The translations under genes were made by a program, and so were the position numbers. From Candidatus Eisenbacteria bacterium RBG_16_71_46 (lineage in GTDB: Bacteria; Eisenbacteria; RBG-16-71-46): a stretch of 64,000 nucleotides of DNA. A model generated the notes under the pieces. The model had not been told where the DNA came from and did no database searches. It was given only the letters and a program-made list of their open reading frames with translations. The DNA lies in contig MFFQ01000066.1 in assembly GCA_001780165.1 (NCBI GenBank), positions 39,082-103,081 of the forward strand, written 5' to 3'. Below, piece by piece: positions 9,210 to 17,532 of the stretch (positions are counted from its first letter, which is position 1; every line of letters starts with the position of its first letter).

Positions 9210-10166
9210 ATGCGTGTCGGTGCAATTGATATCGGCTCGAATTCGGTTCGCCTGCTGGTGGCGGAGTTCCCCGACGGCCCCTGGAGCCGGGAGGTGATCA
9301 CGGTGGCGCGGGCCGGCGAAGCCTGCCGGCTGGGCCGGGGTCTCGGCCGCACGGGGAGGATCGAGCCCGGGACCGCCGAGCGCGCGGCGGTCCTGGCGGC
9401 CGAGTTCGCCAGGCGGGCGCGGGGGCTCGGAGCCGCGACGATCCTGATCGGCGCCACGGCCGCGCTGCGCGAGGCCGAGAACGGCGGCGAGGTGGCGGCC
9501 GCGATCGGCGGGCGTGCCGGGATCCCGGTGCGGGTGCTGAGCGGCGACGAGGAAGCCCGCATGGTCTATCGCGCCGTGGTGCTGGGGCTCGGTCCCACCG
9601 CCCGGGAGAGCTCGTGCGTGGTGTTCGACATCGGCGGCGGCAGCACCGAGGTGGTGAGCGGGGCGGGGGAGCGGACGGGACGCTGGACCAGCCTGCCGTT
9701 CGGTGCCGTGAGCCTCACCGAGCGCCACCTGACGTCGAACCCGATCACGGACGCCGAAGTCGCCGCACTCCGCGCCGAGGTCCGCTCTTCAATTATGCAT
9801 CAATGTGCATATATGCCAGAGCGTTCCCCGCTGTTCGCGGGGGTGGGAGGCACCATCACGGTGCTGGGCCTGCTCGACCGCGAGCTGTCGAGCTACGATC
9901 CGGGACTGCTGGAGGGCTGGTGCATCCGGCGCGGGCGGCTCGAGGCGCTGATCGGGCGCCTGCTCCGCTCGAGCCAGGACGAGCGCCGGGGCTGGCCGGC
10001 GATGAGCGAGGGGCGGGCCGACATCGTGGTGGCCGGGGCCCTGGTGGTCGGGTTGCTCGCGGAGCGGTTCCCCTCGGAGGGGCTGTTCTGCTCGACCCAG
10101 GGCCTTCGTTACGGGCTCGCGCGGCTGGCCGCGCAGGAGGCGCTGGACGGGGGGGCGTCGCCGTAA
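9210..10166 (+). CDS. ppx: Exopolyphosphatase / guanosine pentaphosphate phosphohydrolase (Ppx/GppA family).
   Basis: N-terminal AIDIGSNSVRLLV motif and DIGGGSTE second phosphate-binding motif, both typical of the Ppx/GppA ASKHA fold. Confidence 0.8.
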   Translation: MRVGAIDIGSNSVRLLVAEFPDGPWSREVITVARAGEACRLGRGLGRTGRIEPGTAERAAVLAAEFARRARGLGAATILIGATAALREAENGGEVAAAIGGRAGIPVRVLSGDEEARMVYRAVVLGLGPTARESSCVVFDIGGGSTEVVSGAGERTGRWTSLPFGAVSLTERHLTSNPITDAEVAALRAEVRSSIMHQCAYMPERSPLFAGVGGTITVLGLLDRELSSYDPGLLEGWCIRRGRLEALIGRLLRSSQDERRGWPAMSEGRADIVVAGALVVGLLAERFPSEGLFCSTQGLRYGLARLAAQEALDGGASP

Positions 10167-10345
10167 TCCGGAGCGAATGAGGCGTTGACGCCTTGCCGGG
10201 GCGGGCGGATACTTGACGCAGGCTCGACACAGGAAAAGACGAACCTGAGGTCCCCGCTTCAGAAGCAAGTCCCGCTGGTCTTCCTCCGGACCACGCCGCG
10301 GGACGTCGTTTTCTCTCACCGCTAACGCGGAGGAGCAGGTAGCGC

Positions 10346-10663
10346 ATGAACGTACTCAGGAAGCTCGTGGTCACCCTGGCCCTGGTAATCGCAGTGGCCG
10401 TCGCCGCGGGCGCGCCGAGCGCGCACGCCGCGAGGGTTCATCTGGGCGTGATCACGAACAGTTACGCGGATGCCCGCCAGCCCGGCATCGGTGGCAACAG
10501 CGGCGAACCCGACGTGGGTCAGACCGCGACGCCGATCAAGACCCCGGAGATCGGATCGCGGACGCACGCGGGCGAGCTGCGGCAGCCGGACCGAGCGCGA
10601 AGCGTGCTGTTCGCGTGGAGAGGGTGGCTGTGGGCGACGCGTTTCCCGGGAATCAGGTTGTAG
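10346..10663 (+). CDS. Small secreted protein of unknown function (105 aa).
   Basis: Strong RBS (GGAGGAGCAGGTAGCGC-ATG), clear signal peptide (LVVTLALVIAVAVAAGAPSAHA). Lower-GC segment. Confidence 0.4.
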   Translation: MNVLRKLVVTLALVIAVAVAAGAPSAHAARVHLGVITNSYADARQPGIGGNSGEPDVGQTATPIKTPEIGSRTHAGELRQPDRARSVLFAWRGWLWATRFPGIRL

Positions 10664-10773
10664 CTCTCCGTCACCACGCGGAGCCCGAAATCCCGGCAGT
10701 CTCGTGTCCTATGCGCCGGTCCGATTCGCCGGAGCATACTCGCGTGATGAGAATGTAAATCGAGGAATCAAAC

Positions 10774-13700
10774 GTGCAGCGAGCGATCCCCCCCGATCTG
10801 ACGCCTGCCCATCTTCCCTCGAAGGAAGGTGCCGAACAGCGCGAAGCGATCGGCGACCTGCATCTGGCAGCAGACAACTTTCCGGGCGCGGTGGAGGCCT
10901 ACACCGCGGCGCTCCGGGATGCCGGCCCCGGGCAGCCCACCGACCGCACCCGCGTGCTGCTCCGCCTGGCCGAGGCGCAAACCCGCCGCGGCGACTATGA
11001 GGCCGCCCTGCGCGCGCTGCGCGAGGCGCGCGGCCTCTCCCGACTGCTCCACGACCCGCGGCTCAATGCCCGCATCGCCGCGCGCATCGCCGACGCCCTG
11101 ATCGAGCAGGGCGAGTACCGGCACAGCCGGCGCTACGCGCTGTACGCCTACGCCGCCTTGCGCGACACCGACGAGCACCGCACGGTCGGCCAGGTGGCGG
11201 TGGCCCTCGGGTTGTGCGCGGTGCGTCTCGGGCGAGCGAACGAGGCGATCGAGTGGCTCCAGAACGCCGCCGCCACCTTCCGCCGCATCGACGACGTGGA
11301 CGGGCTGGTGACGGCGCTCAACAACCTCGGCCTGGTGTACAAGAACCTGCGGGAGTGGCGCGAGGCCACGCGCTTCCTCGAGCAGGCGCTGCGTCTCGAC
11401 GAGCGTGCGGGACTCTACGCGCGGATGCGCGGCCACAACCAAAACCTCGGCCTGATCCGCTTCCGCCTCGGCCAGTGGGATCTCGCGGAAGAGAACTTCC
11501 ACCAGTCGCTCAAGATCTCGCGTGAGACCGGCCACCTGCAGGGCGAGTCCGTCGCCCTGCTGGCGCTGGGCATGCTGTTCCGCCGCCGCCGGCAGCTCGA
11601 GCGCGCCGAGGAGAACTTCCGCCGCTCGCTCGCGCTCGCCGTGCAGGTGGGCGCCCAGCGCGAGTCGCTGCTCGCGCGCGAGTTCCTCGCCGAGATCGAG
11701 CTCGACCGCGGTCACGCGCAGGGTGCCAGGGAGCTGCTCGAGCCCGCGCTGCAGGAGGCGATCGAGCTGGCGCCGGAGGGCGACCTGGTGGCCGAGATCG
11801 AGATCCGCCTCGGGCTCGCCTTGCTGGCCGACTCCGCGCGCGACGCCGCCGAGATCCATCTGCTGCGGGGTGCGGCGGTGGCCGAGCAGATCGGCGACCG
11901 CATCGAGCAGGCGGTGGCCGAGCGCGGGCTGGCGCGCCTCGAGGCGATGCGCGGCAACGCCGTCGGCCTCGAGGCCCGCATCCGGGCGGCGGCCCACAGC
12001 TTCGAGCTGCTGAGCGAGACCTACGAGCTCGCCACCACGCTCGCCGCCTGGGGCGAATACCTGCTGCTGCTGCCCTCCAGCACGCGGATGCGGCTCCCGC
12101 TCGACGCGGTGATCGACTCCAACCGCCGCGGTTCCGCACTGTTCCGCCGGCTGGGCCTGACCGCGCACGCCGCCGAGGCGCTGCTGACGCTGGCGCGGCT
12201 CGAAGCCGAACGCGAGCACTACGACCAGGCGCTGTCGCTGCTGGAGCGGGCCGAGGAATGGCTCGCCGACGCGGCGCCCGCCGACGGCGGCTCGCCCGAG
12301 GCGGCGGAGCGCGCGATCGAGCTGCGGCGCCAGATCGAGCAGCAGTACGTGGCGGTGTCGCTCTCGACCTGCAACGAATTCCGCGCGCTGGAGGACGCCA
12401 ACCGACTGTTCCGCGAAACCGCCGACATGAACGGACTGCTCGCCCAGACCGTGAAGCTCGCGGTCGAGCAGAGCGGCGGCGACCGCGGGTTCGTGGCCTT
12501 CAGCTCGAACGGCAACCGGCTCGACGTGGTGGCCCAGCACGGGCTCGGGCGTGATCGCGCCCGCCGCATGATGCGCGCGATCGAAAGCGTCGGCGGCAGC
12601 CGCCTGGTCGAGAACGGCCCGCTGTTCTCGAGCCGCGTGACGGCCGATTCGCGCTTCGCCTCGGCGCTCACCGACGCGCTCGAGGGGGTGGGGTCGCTGG
12701 TGTGCGTCCCGCTCAACTTCCCGTCCCAGGCCATCGGACTGGTGTACGTGGACCGGCTCAACGACAACCTTCTCGGCGCGTTCAAGCAGCGCGAGCTCAA
12801 CCTGCTCGCGGTGCTCGCCAACAGCGCCGCGGTCGCGATCGTCGAGGCGCAGCGCTCGCTGTTGCTGATGGAGAACCGTGAGCTGCGCGACCGGCTGCGG
12901 CCGAGCCCCGCCGTCCAGCGCGTGGTCGGGCAGTCGCGCGAGATGGCCAACATCATGAACCTGCTGGCGAAGGTCGGCGACAGCAACGCCACCGTGCTCT
13001 TCATGGGCGAGACCGGCACCGGCAAGGGACTGCTCGCGCAGGTCGTGCACGAGATCTCCAACCGCCGCGACCGGGCCCTGGTGCAGGTGAACTGTGCGGC
13101 GATCCCCGAGCAACTGCTCGAGAGCGAGCTGTTCGGTCACGTGCAGGGCGCCTTCACCGGCGCCACGCGCGACAAGACCGGCCTCTTCGAGGAGGCCGAA
13201 GGCGGGACGATCTTCCTCGACGAGATCGAGAAGGTGCCCGAGTCGGTCCAGGCCAAGCTGCTCCACGTGCTCGATCGCAGCGAGATCCGCCCGGTGGGCT
13301 CGACCCGCAGCCGCAAGGTCAACACGCGGGTCATCTGCGCCACCGGCTGCGACCTTCGCGACCGCATCAAGGAGGGGCGGTTCCTCGAGGACCTCTACTA
13401 TCGCCTCAACGACATCACCGTGCGGGTGCCGACCTTGCGCGAGCGGCGCGAGGACATCCCGGTGCTGGCCCAGCACTTCCTCGCGGTGTACTCGCGACAG
13501 ATGGAGAAGGAGCTGCGGGGCTTCTCGCCCGAGGTCATGCGCGTATTCCTCGAGCACGAGTGGCGCGGCAACGTGCGCGAGCTCGAGAAGACCGTCAAGC
13601 GTATGATCGTCCTCGCCGACGACGGCGGGCTGCTCGACGTCGAGCTGCTGCCGGCCGAGACCCGCGAGGCCACGACGGCCGCGGAGCCGGCGCCCGCCGC

Positions 13701-13875
13701 GGGCGGCAGGACCCTGCGCTCCAACGTCACGCAGCTCGAGCGCCGCATGATCGCCGAGGCGCTCGATCGCAATCGCTGGAACAAGGCGCGCACCGCGCGC
13801 GAGCTCGGCCTCAGCTATCCCACGCTGCTCTCGAGAATCCGCAGCTTCAAGATCGAGCGGCGCCGTCCGGCGTAG
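10774..13875 (+). CDS. Sigma54-dependent transcriptional activator (bacterial enhancer-binding protein) with N-terminal TPR repeats, a GAF domain, an AAA+ sigma54-interaction domain and a C-terminal Fis-type HTH.
   Basis: TPR-like repeats in residues 1-480. GAF-like block (~res 540-700). GETGTGKGLLAQVVH Walker A. ESELFGHVQGAFTGA (GAFTGA). C-terminal ELGLSYPTLLSRIRSF HTH. GTG start with GAGGA RBS. Confidence 0.85.
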   Translation: MQRAIPPDLTPAHLPSKEGAEQREAIGDLHLAADNFPGAVEAYTAALRDAGPGQPTDRTRVLLRLAEAQTRRGDYEAALRALREARGLSRLLHDPRLNARIAARIADALIEQGEYRHSRRYALYAYAALRDTDEHRTVGQVAVALGLCAVRLGRANEAIEWLQNAAATFRRIDDVDGLVTALNNLGLVYKNLREWREATRFLEQALRLDERAGLYARMRGHNQNLGLIRFRLGQWDLAEENFHQSLKISRETGHLQGESVALLALGMLFRRRRQLERAEENFRRSLALAVQVGAQRESLLAREFLAEIELDRGHAQGARELLEPALQEAIELAPEGDLVAEIEIRLGLALLADSARDAAEIHLLRGAAVAEQIGDRIEQAVAERGLARLEAMRGNAVGLEARIRAAAHSFELLSETYELATTLAAWGEYLLLLPSSTRMRLPLDAVIDSNRRGSALFRRLGLTAHAAEALLTLARLEAEREHYDQALSLLERAEEWLADAAPADGGSPEAAERAIELRRQIEQQYVAVSLSTCNEFRALEDANRLFRETADMNGLLAQTVKLAVEQSGGDRGFVAFSSNGNRLDVVAQHGLGRDRARRMMRAIESVGGSRLVENGPLFSSRVTADSRFASALTDALEGVGSLVCVPLNFPSQAIGLVYVDRLNDNLLGAFKQRELNLLAVLANSAAVAIVEAQRSLLLMENRELRDRLRPSPAVQRVVGQSREMANIMNLLAKVGDSNATVLFMGETGTGKGLLAQVVHEISNRRDRALVQVNCAAIPEQLLESELFGHVQGAFTGATRDKTGLFEEAEGGTIFLDEIEKVPESVQAKLLHVLDRSEIRPVGSTRSRKVNTRVICATGCDLRDRIKEGRFLEDLYYRLNDITVRVPTLRERREDIPVLAQHFLAVYSRQMEKELRGFSPEVMRVFLEHEWRGNVRELEKTVKRMIVLADDGGLLDVELLPAETREATTAAEPAPAAGGRTLRSNVTQLERRMIAEALDRNRWNKARTARELGLSYPTLLSRIRSFKIERRRPA

Positions 13876-14091
13876 GACACGCTGGATCCTTTCCAATCCT
13901 CCTGTAAAACTCCTTAACAACCAATCCCTTCCCGGGGGCCGACTTAGCCCGAAGGCGTCGGGATTCGTAATTCGGTTACGAGAATGTGTCCCCGCGGACC
14001 CCCGCCGCGGTCTCCCACCGGACCACGATTCGCTCCCTCAAGAACGTGCAGAGCAATCTGTTGCGCGATTCATCGCGGTCTCGCGTGTCTC

Positions 14092-14107
14092 TGGCACGCC
14101 GGGTGCT
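14092..14107 (+). promoter_or_regulatory. Sigma54 (-24/-12) promoter P1: TGGCACGccggGTGCT.
   Basis: GG at 14093-14094 and GC at 14105-14106 with canonical 10-nt spacing. TGGCACG matches the consensus exactly. Predicted TSS ~14118. A 14-bp palindrome CGCGATTCATCGCG (14064-14077) lies just upstream. Confidence 0.5.
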
Positions 14108-14117
14108 CATGATCACC

Positions 14118-14544
14118 CAGCGGAGGGGGGGGACCTCCAAACCGTTCAGCCGCTTCGGCGGTTGGACCACCATCTGGGCTAGCCGGTTCCGCGGAGGATC
14201 CGGTCGAGGGTACGAGCCCCGGTCTTGAGACAACGCACCGTCCTCTCGGTCCGGCTAGCTTGGAGTGAATCCGATTCCCGGGGAGCGGCCCGTTCGAGTG
14301 GTTGGGACCGCGTAAGCAATCCCGGTCCAGTAGGTTACAGACCCGGAACACAGCGCACTTGGGTGTAGGACACCGGCTCGAAACGCGACGTGGGCCAACA
14401 CTGGGGGATGTCGAGGCTCTTGTCTCGTGATGCTTCGGCCGGTGTCCTCGTTTTGAGGGTGTAGCGCGTACCGCACAACCGCGACGCCGCTGCACACCCT
14501 CCAGCCGCTCCCGGAGAGTTCCCCGGGGGCGGCTTTATTCGTTT
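14118..14544 (+). ncRNA. Candidate sigma54-dependent structured ncRNA (~420 nt), or a long untranslated transcript, between P1 and an intrinsic terminator. Family not identified.
   Basis: No credible ORF on either strand. GC drops to roughly 58-60%. Two C(U)UCGG tetraloop hairpins (CCGCUUCGGCGG 14150-14161; GCUUCGGC ~14432). A 10-bp long-range helix GGACACCGGC (14368-14377) / GCCGGUGUCC (14438-14447). Bounded by promoter P1 and the terminator at 14503-14544. Confidence 0.3.
14503..14544 (+). terminator. Rho-independent terminator-like hairpin: 12-bp stem AGCCGCUCCCGG/CCGGGGGCGGCU (one G-U pair), 8-nt loop, then UUAUUCGUUU.
   Basis: Inverted repeat read directly from the sequence, followed by a T-rich tract. 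Sits ~60 nt upstream of promoter P2. Confidence 0.45.
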
Positions 14545-14605
14545 AGTCCATGCGGGCGAGGGGGATAGACTGGGTCGAGGCGGATCGGCTGGGGGCCGAT
14601 CGTGC

Positions 14606-14620
14606 GTGGCACGGGGGTTG
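14606..14620 (+). promoter_or_regulatory. Sigma54 (-24/-12) promoter P2: TGGCACGggggTTGCC, driving the lipoprotein/secreted-protein operon.
   Basis: Near-perfect match to TGGCACG-N4-TTGCW. Predicted TSS ~14632, 45 nt upstream of the ATG at 14677 (RBS GGAGG at 14663). The -12 element is embedded in a perfect 9-bp inverted repeat GCACGGGGG-TTG-CCCCCGTGC. A 7-bp inverted repeat GATCGGC-N5-GCCGATC (14582-14600) abuts the -24 element. Confidence 0.6.
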
Positions 14621-14676
14621 CCCCCGTGCGCGGACAGGGTTTTCAAGACGCCGTCCCCCGATGGAGGTCTCCTCGG

Positions 14677-15510
14677 ATGCTCAAGCTCTGGCTACCCCTT
14701 GCTTGCGGCCTGCTGCTGCTGGCGGGCTGCGAAGATCACAACACCTCACCGCGCGACCTGACCCCGCCCGCCGCACCCCGCGGGCTCTACAGCGTGACCG
14801 GGGACCGGGGGGTCCGCCTCTACTGGCTCGACAACACCGAAGCGGACGTCGAGGGCTACCGGATCTACGCGTCCCCCTGCGCGAGCGGCGACCAGTGCCC
14901 CTACACCCGGGTCGGCGTCACCACCGGCACCTCGTTCGCCGTGACCAGTCTCGTCAACGGCACGACCCGCTACTTCGCGGTGGCGGCCTACGACCGCTAC
15001 GGCAACGAGAGCGATCTCTCCTACGAGGATGTGTTCGACACGCCGCGTCCGGCGGGCACCGGGCTGCTGCTCACGAACTACAACGACGATCCGTCGCGCA
15101 GCGGGTACGACTTCTCGGACTTCACCGTCCGTCCCTGGGACGACGAGCTCACCGACATCTTCTTCGACGACGACGGACGCGTGTCGCAGATCCGCACCCC
15201 CTTCACCGACACCGACATCCAGGACGCCGGCTACGCCTCGAGCCTGGACGCGGTCGACTTCGCGCCCGGCTCGGGCTGGTCGCCCACCGGCGCGGTCGAG
15301 GCGATCGCCGGCCACTGCTACGTGGTCTGGACGTACGACGACCACTACGCCAAGTTCCGGGTCACGAGCGTCACCCCCGGTCGCGTGATCGTGGACTGGG
15401 CCTATCAGGTGGACCCCGGCAATCGCGAGCTGCGCGCGCGGCCGGCGCCGGGCGCCGAGGGCCGGGTGCGGCGGCCCCTGGCCGGGGCGCCGGGAGGAGT
15501 GCCCCGGTGA
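14677..15510 (+). CDS. Lipoprotein with a fibronectin type III-like domain.
   Basis: Lipobox LLLLAGC. YRIYASP...YFAVAAYDRYGNES FN3-like pattern. Good RBS. Confidence 0.6.
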   Translation: MLKLWLPLACGLLLLAGCEDHNTSPRDLTPPAAPRGLYSVTGDRGVRLYWLDNTEADVEGYRIYASPCASGDQCPYTRVGVTTGTSFAVTSLVNGTTRYFAVAAYDRYGNESDLSYEDVFDTPRPAGTGLLLTNYNDDPSRSGYDFSDFTVRPWDDELTDIFFDDDGRVSQIRTPFTDTDIQDAGYASSLDAVDFAPGSGWSPTGAVEAIAGHCYVVWTYDDHYAKFRVTSVTPGRVIVDWAYQVDPGNRELRARPAPGAEGRVRRPLAGAPGGVPR

Positions 15511-15530
15511 GCTGGACGCGCTGGAGCGGC

Positions 15531-16055
15531 ATGGGCGCGGGCCTGCTGGCGGTGTCGGGCTGCGCCTACGGCTACGGGATGACCCGGGCGGAGGTCGCCT
15601 ACAGCGCGTCGTCGCGGCCCGATGCCAGCTATTACTGCTATGATTGTCACGGCTACCGGTACTTCGATCCCTACTACGACTGGTGCGCCGGGCTGGGCTT
15701 CCGCTACGGCTGGTCGAGTCACCCGCGCGTGATCGCGATCTACCGCCAGCGCTACGTCGGCATCCGCGAGAAGCACCCCGAGTACGGCCGCTACCGCTAC
15801 CCGCGGAATTACCGACGGTGGGATACTTATCGGAAGCCGCAGGACTACGACGGCTGGCGGAGCCGGCAACATCAGGGCACGGTCAGGGAGAGGGAGAAAG
15901 TCAGGGACGGCGGCAAGGCCCCGCGCATCGAATCGCGAAGAGAGAAGGAGCGGGACCGCAAGGAGCCGACTGGGAAAGAGGACAAGCGCCGCGAGCGCAG
16001 GAAACCCCGCGACGACGGGTCGCGCGGTTTCCTGCAGCAAGGAGTTCAATCATGA
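15531..16055 (+). CDS. Cys/Tyr/Arg-rich lipoprotein with a CYDCH...DPYY..C motif and a basic Lys/Arg/Glu-rich tail.
   Basis: Lipobox LLAVSGC. Motif YYCYDCHGYRYFDPYYDWC is shared with the next gene. Confidence 0.5.
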   Translation: MGAGLLAVSGCAYGYGMTRAEVAYSASSRPDASYYCYDCHGYRYFDPYYDWCAGLGFRYGWSSHPRVIAIYRQRYVGIREKHPEYGRYRYPRNYRRWDTYRKPQDYDGWRSRQHQGTVREREKVRDGGKAPRIESRREKERDRKEPTGKEDKRRERRKPRDDGSRGFLQQGVQS

Positions 16056-17461
16056 GCGCACGAAGGTTGTGGGTGGTGGCGCTGGCGGCCGGGCTCGCCC
16101 TCACGGCGCCGGTTCCGGCGCACGCGGGCGATCTCTCGGTCGAGGTCTGGACCGATCGCGGCAACGATGCGGTCTACCAGCCGGGGGACGCGATGCAGAT
16201 CAAGGCGCGCGCCTCGCACGACGCCTACCTGCTGGTGTACGAGATCGACGCCGAGGGGGCGGTGCACGTGCTGTTCCCCTACGAGAGCCGGCCGGCGCTG
16301 GTGGAGGGGCGGCACACCTACCGCATCCCGAGCGATGACGCCGGCGTCGACCTGGTGGTGCAGGGCCCGGTGGGCGAGGGCTACATCGTGGCCATCGCCT
16401 CGGCGGAACCGTTCAGGTCGCTGCCGTGGTACCTGCGGCCCTACGATCCCAAGGGCGAGGCGCTGGGCTACGTCGGGCAGCCCGAGGAGGAGGATGGCAT
16501 CACCGCCGAGGGCCGCATCGTCGGCGATCCCTTCGTCGCCATGGAGCGCATCCGCCGGCGCGCGGTCGAGCGCTCGGACGACACCGAAGCGTTCGCCACG
16601 GCCTACACGTCCTACTACGTCCATCACGAGGTGCGCTATCCCCGCTACGTCTGCTACGACTGCCACCGCCCGAGCCATTGGGCGTGGTGGGACGGCTTCG
16701 ATCCCTACTACGCCACCTGCTCGGTCGTGGACCTGCGGGTGAACTGGGCCTGGTCCTGGGGCCGGCCCTACTGGGTCGGCTTCGTGCCGTACTACTGCTA
16801 CTCGCCCCGAGCGGGTCTTGGGCCGAGGTACCGCCACTGGGCCTGGAACAGGGGCTGGTACTCGTCGTGGGACGGTTGGGGCCGCTGGAACAAGCTTTGG
16901 GGAGGTCCGCTGGTGCGCTACAAGTCGCCGCCCCCGCCCGGCTACCGGCCGCCCGCGGATCGAGGCCCCGGCGGCAAGGTGCGCGAAGGCGGCGGCCGGC
17001 CGCCCGGCTTCCTCGACCGCACCGTGACCCGGACGCGCTACGGGATGCAGACGTCAGTGCCGATCGGTGCCAACCGCCGTGTCCGTGACGAAGGCTCCGA
17101 TCCTCCGCGCCGCGAGCGCGCGAGCCCGGTGCTGCGCCGTGACGCGCCCGAGCGCATGCCGGTGCGCGAAGTGCGCCGCGACGACGGTGCCGGCCACCGG
17201 GTCGGCGATGCCGGCCGCCAGCGCGATGAGGTCCGGCGCCAGCCGGCCTCGCCGGCACCCCGCGTCGAGCGCGCGCCGCCGCCGAGGGTGCAACGCGCGC
17301 CCGAGGGGCGTCCGGCGCCGCGCCAGGAGTCTCCGCGCGTCGAGCGATCCCCGGAGCACAGGGCGCCCGACCCGCAGCCCGCGCGGGAGCAAATCGACCG
17401 CGCACCGCGCGAGCGGCCTCAGCGGGAACCGGCGCGGGAGAAGAGGGGTAAGAATCGCTGA
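16052..17461 (+). CDS. Secreted protein: N-terminal beta-rich domain (possibly DUF4384-like), central Cys/Trp/Tyr-rich module (YVCYDCH...DPYYATC), and a C-terminal Arg/Pro/Glu-rich low-complexity tail.
   Basis: AAGGAG RBS. Signal peptide WVVALAAGLALTAPVPAHA. Start overlaps the previous gene's stop. Confidence 0.55.
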   Translation: MSARRLWVVALAAGLALTAPVPAHAGDLSVEVWTDRGNDAVYQPGDAMQIKARASHDAYLLVYEIDAEGAVHVLFPYESRPALVEGRHTYRIPSDDAGVDLVVQGPVGEGYIVAIASAEPFRSLPWYLRPYDPKGEALGYVGQPEEEDGITAEGRIVGDPFVAMERIRRRAVERSDDTEAFATAYTSYYVHHEVRYPRYVCYDCHRPSHWAWWDGFDPYYATCSVVDLRVNWAWSWGRPYWVGFVPYYCYSPRAGLGPRYRHWAWNRGWYSSWDGWGRWNKLWGGPLVRYKSPPPPGYRPPADRGPGGKVREGGGRPPGFLDRTVTRTRYGMQTSVPIGANRRVRDEGSDPPRRERASPVLRRDAPERMPVREVRRDDGAGHRVGDAGRQRDEVRRQPASPAPRVERAPPPRVQRAPEGRPAPRQESPRVERSPEHRAPDPQPAREQIDRAPRERPQREPAREKRGKNR

Positions 17462-17488
17462 CCCTCGAACGTCGTGACGTTGCTGCGA

Positions 17489-17514
17489 AGGCGGGGCCCA
17501 CGTGGGCCCCGCCT
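17489..17514. terminator. Perfect 26-bp palindrome AGGCGGGGCCCACGTGGGCCCCGCCT (RNA hairpin with 11-bp GC stem and ACGU loop) in the intercistronic gap. Possible attenuator, RNA-stability element or protein-binding site (CACGTG core).
   Basis: Read directly. No strong U-tract follows, so a classic terminator is uncertain. Confidence 0.4.
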
Positions 17515-17532
17515 CGTGTATGCTGGAGCCCC

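Noticed and set aside
9195-9250. AT-rich stretch dense in 6-bp palindromes (CATATG, CAATTG, GATATC, GAATTC) in a 70% GC genome; looked like an inserted or engineered element
   Set aside because: It encodes the universally conserved Ppx/GppA N-terminal motif AIDIGSNS, in frame with a normal gene. This is natural coding sequence.
9781-9830. AT-rich island containing the perfect palindrome GCATATATGC inside ppx
   Set aside because: It is in frame within the Ppx coding region (SSIMHQCAYMPE) with no disruption of the ORF. It could be a small site, but there is no evidence beyond the local composition.
14107-14229. 40-aa ORF (MITQRRGG...) and an 18-aa ORF at 14407 inside the ncRNA candidate
   Set aside because: The first ATG lies within the -12 element of promoter P1, upstream of the predicted TSS. 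Neither ORF has a convincing RBS or protein-like composition.
14118-14544. Attempt to assign the ORF-free RNA candidate to RNase P RNA, tmRNA, SRP or 6S RNA
   Set aside because: I could not find the diagnostic motifs on either strand: GGAAAGUCCGG / ACAGAACCCGGCUUA for RNase P; a GGUUCGAUUCC T-arm or tag-peptide ORF for tmRNA. It is kept only as an unclassified candidate.
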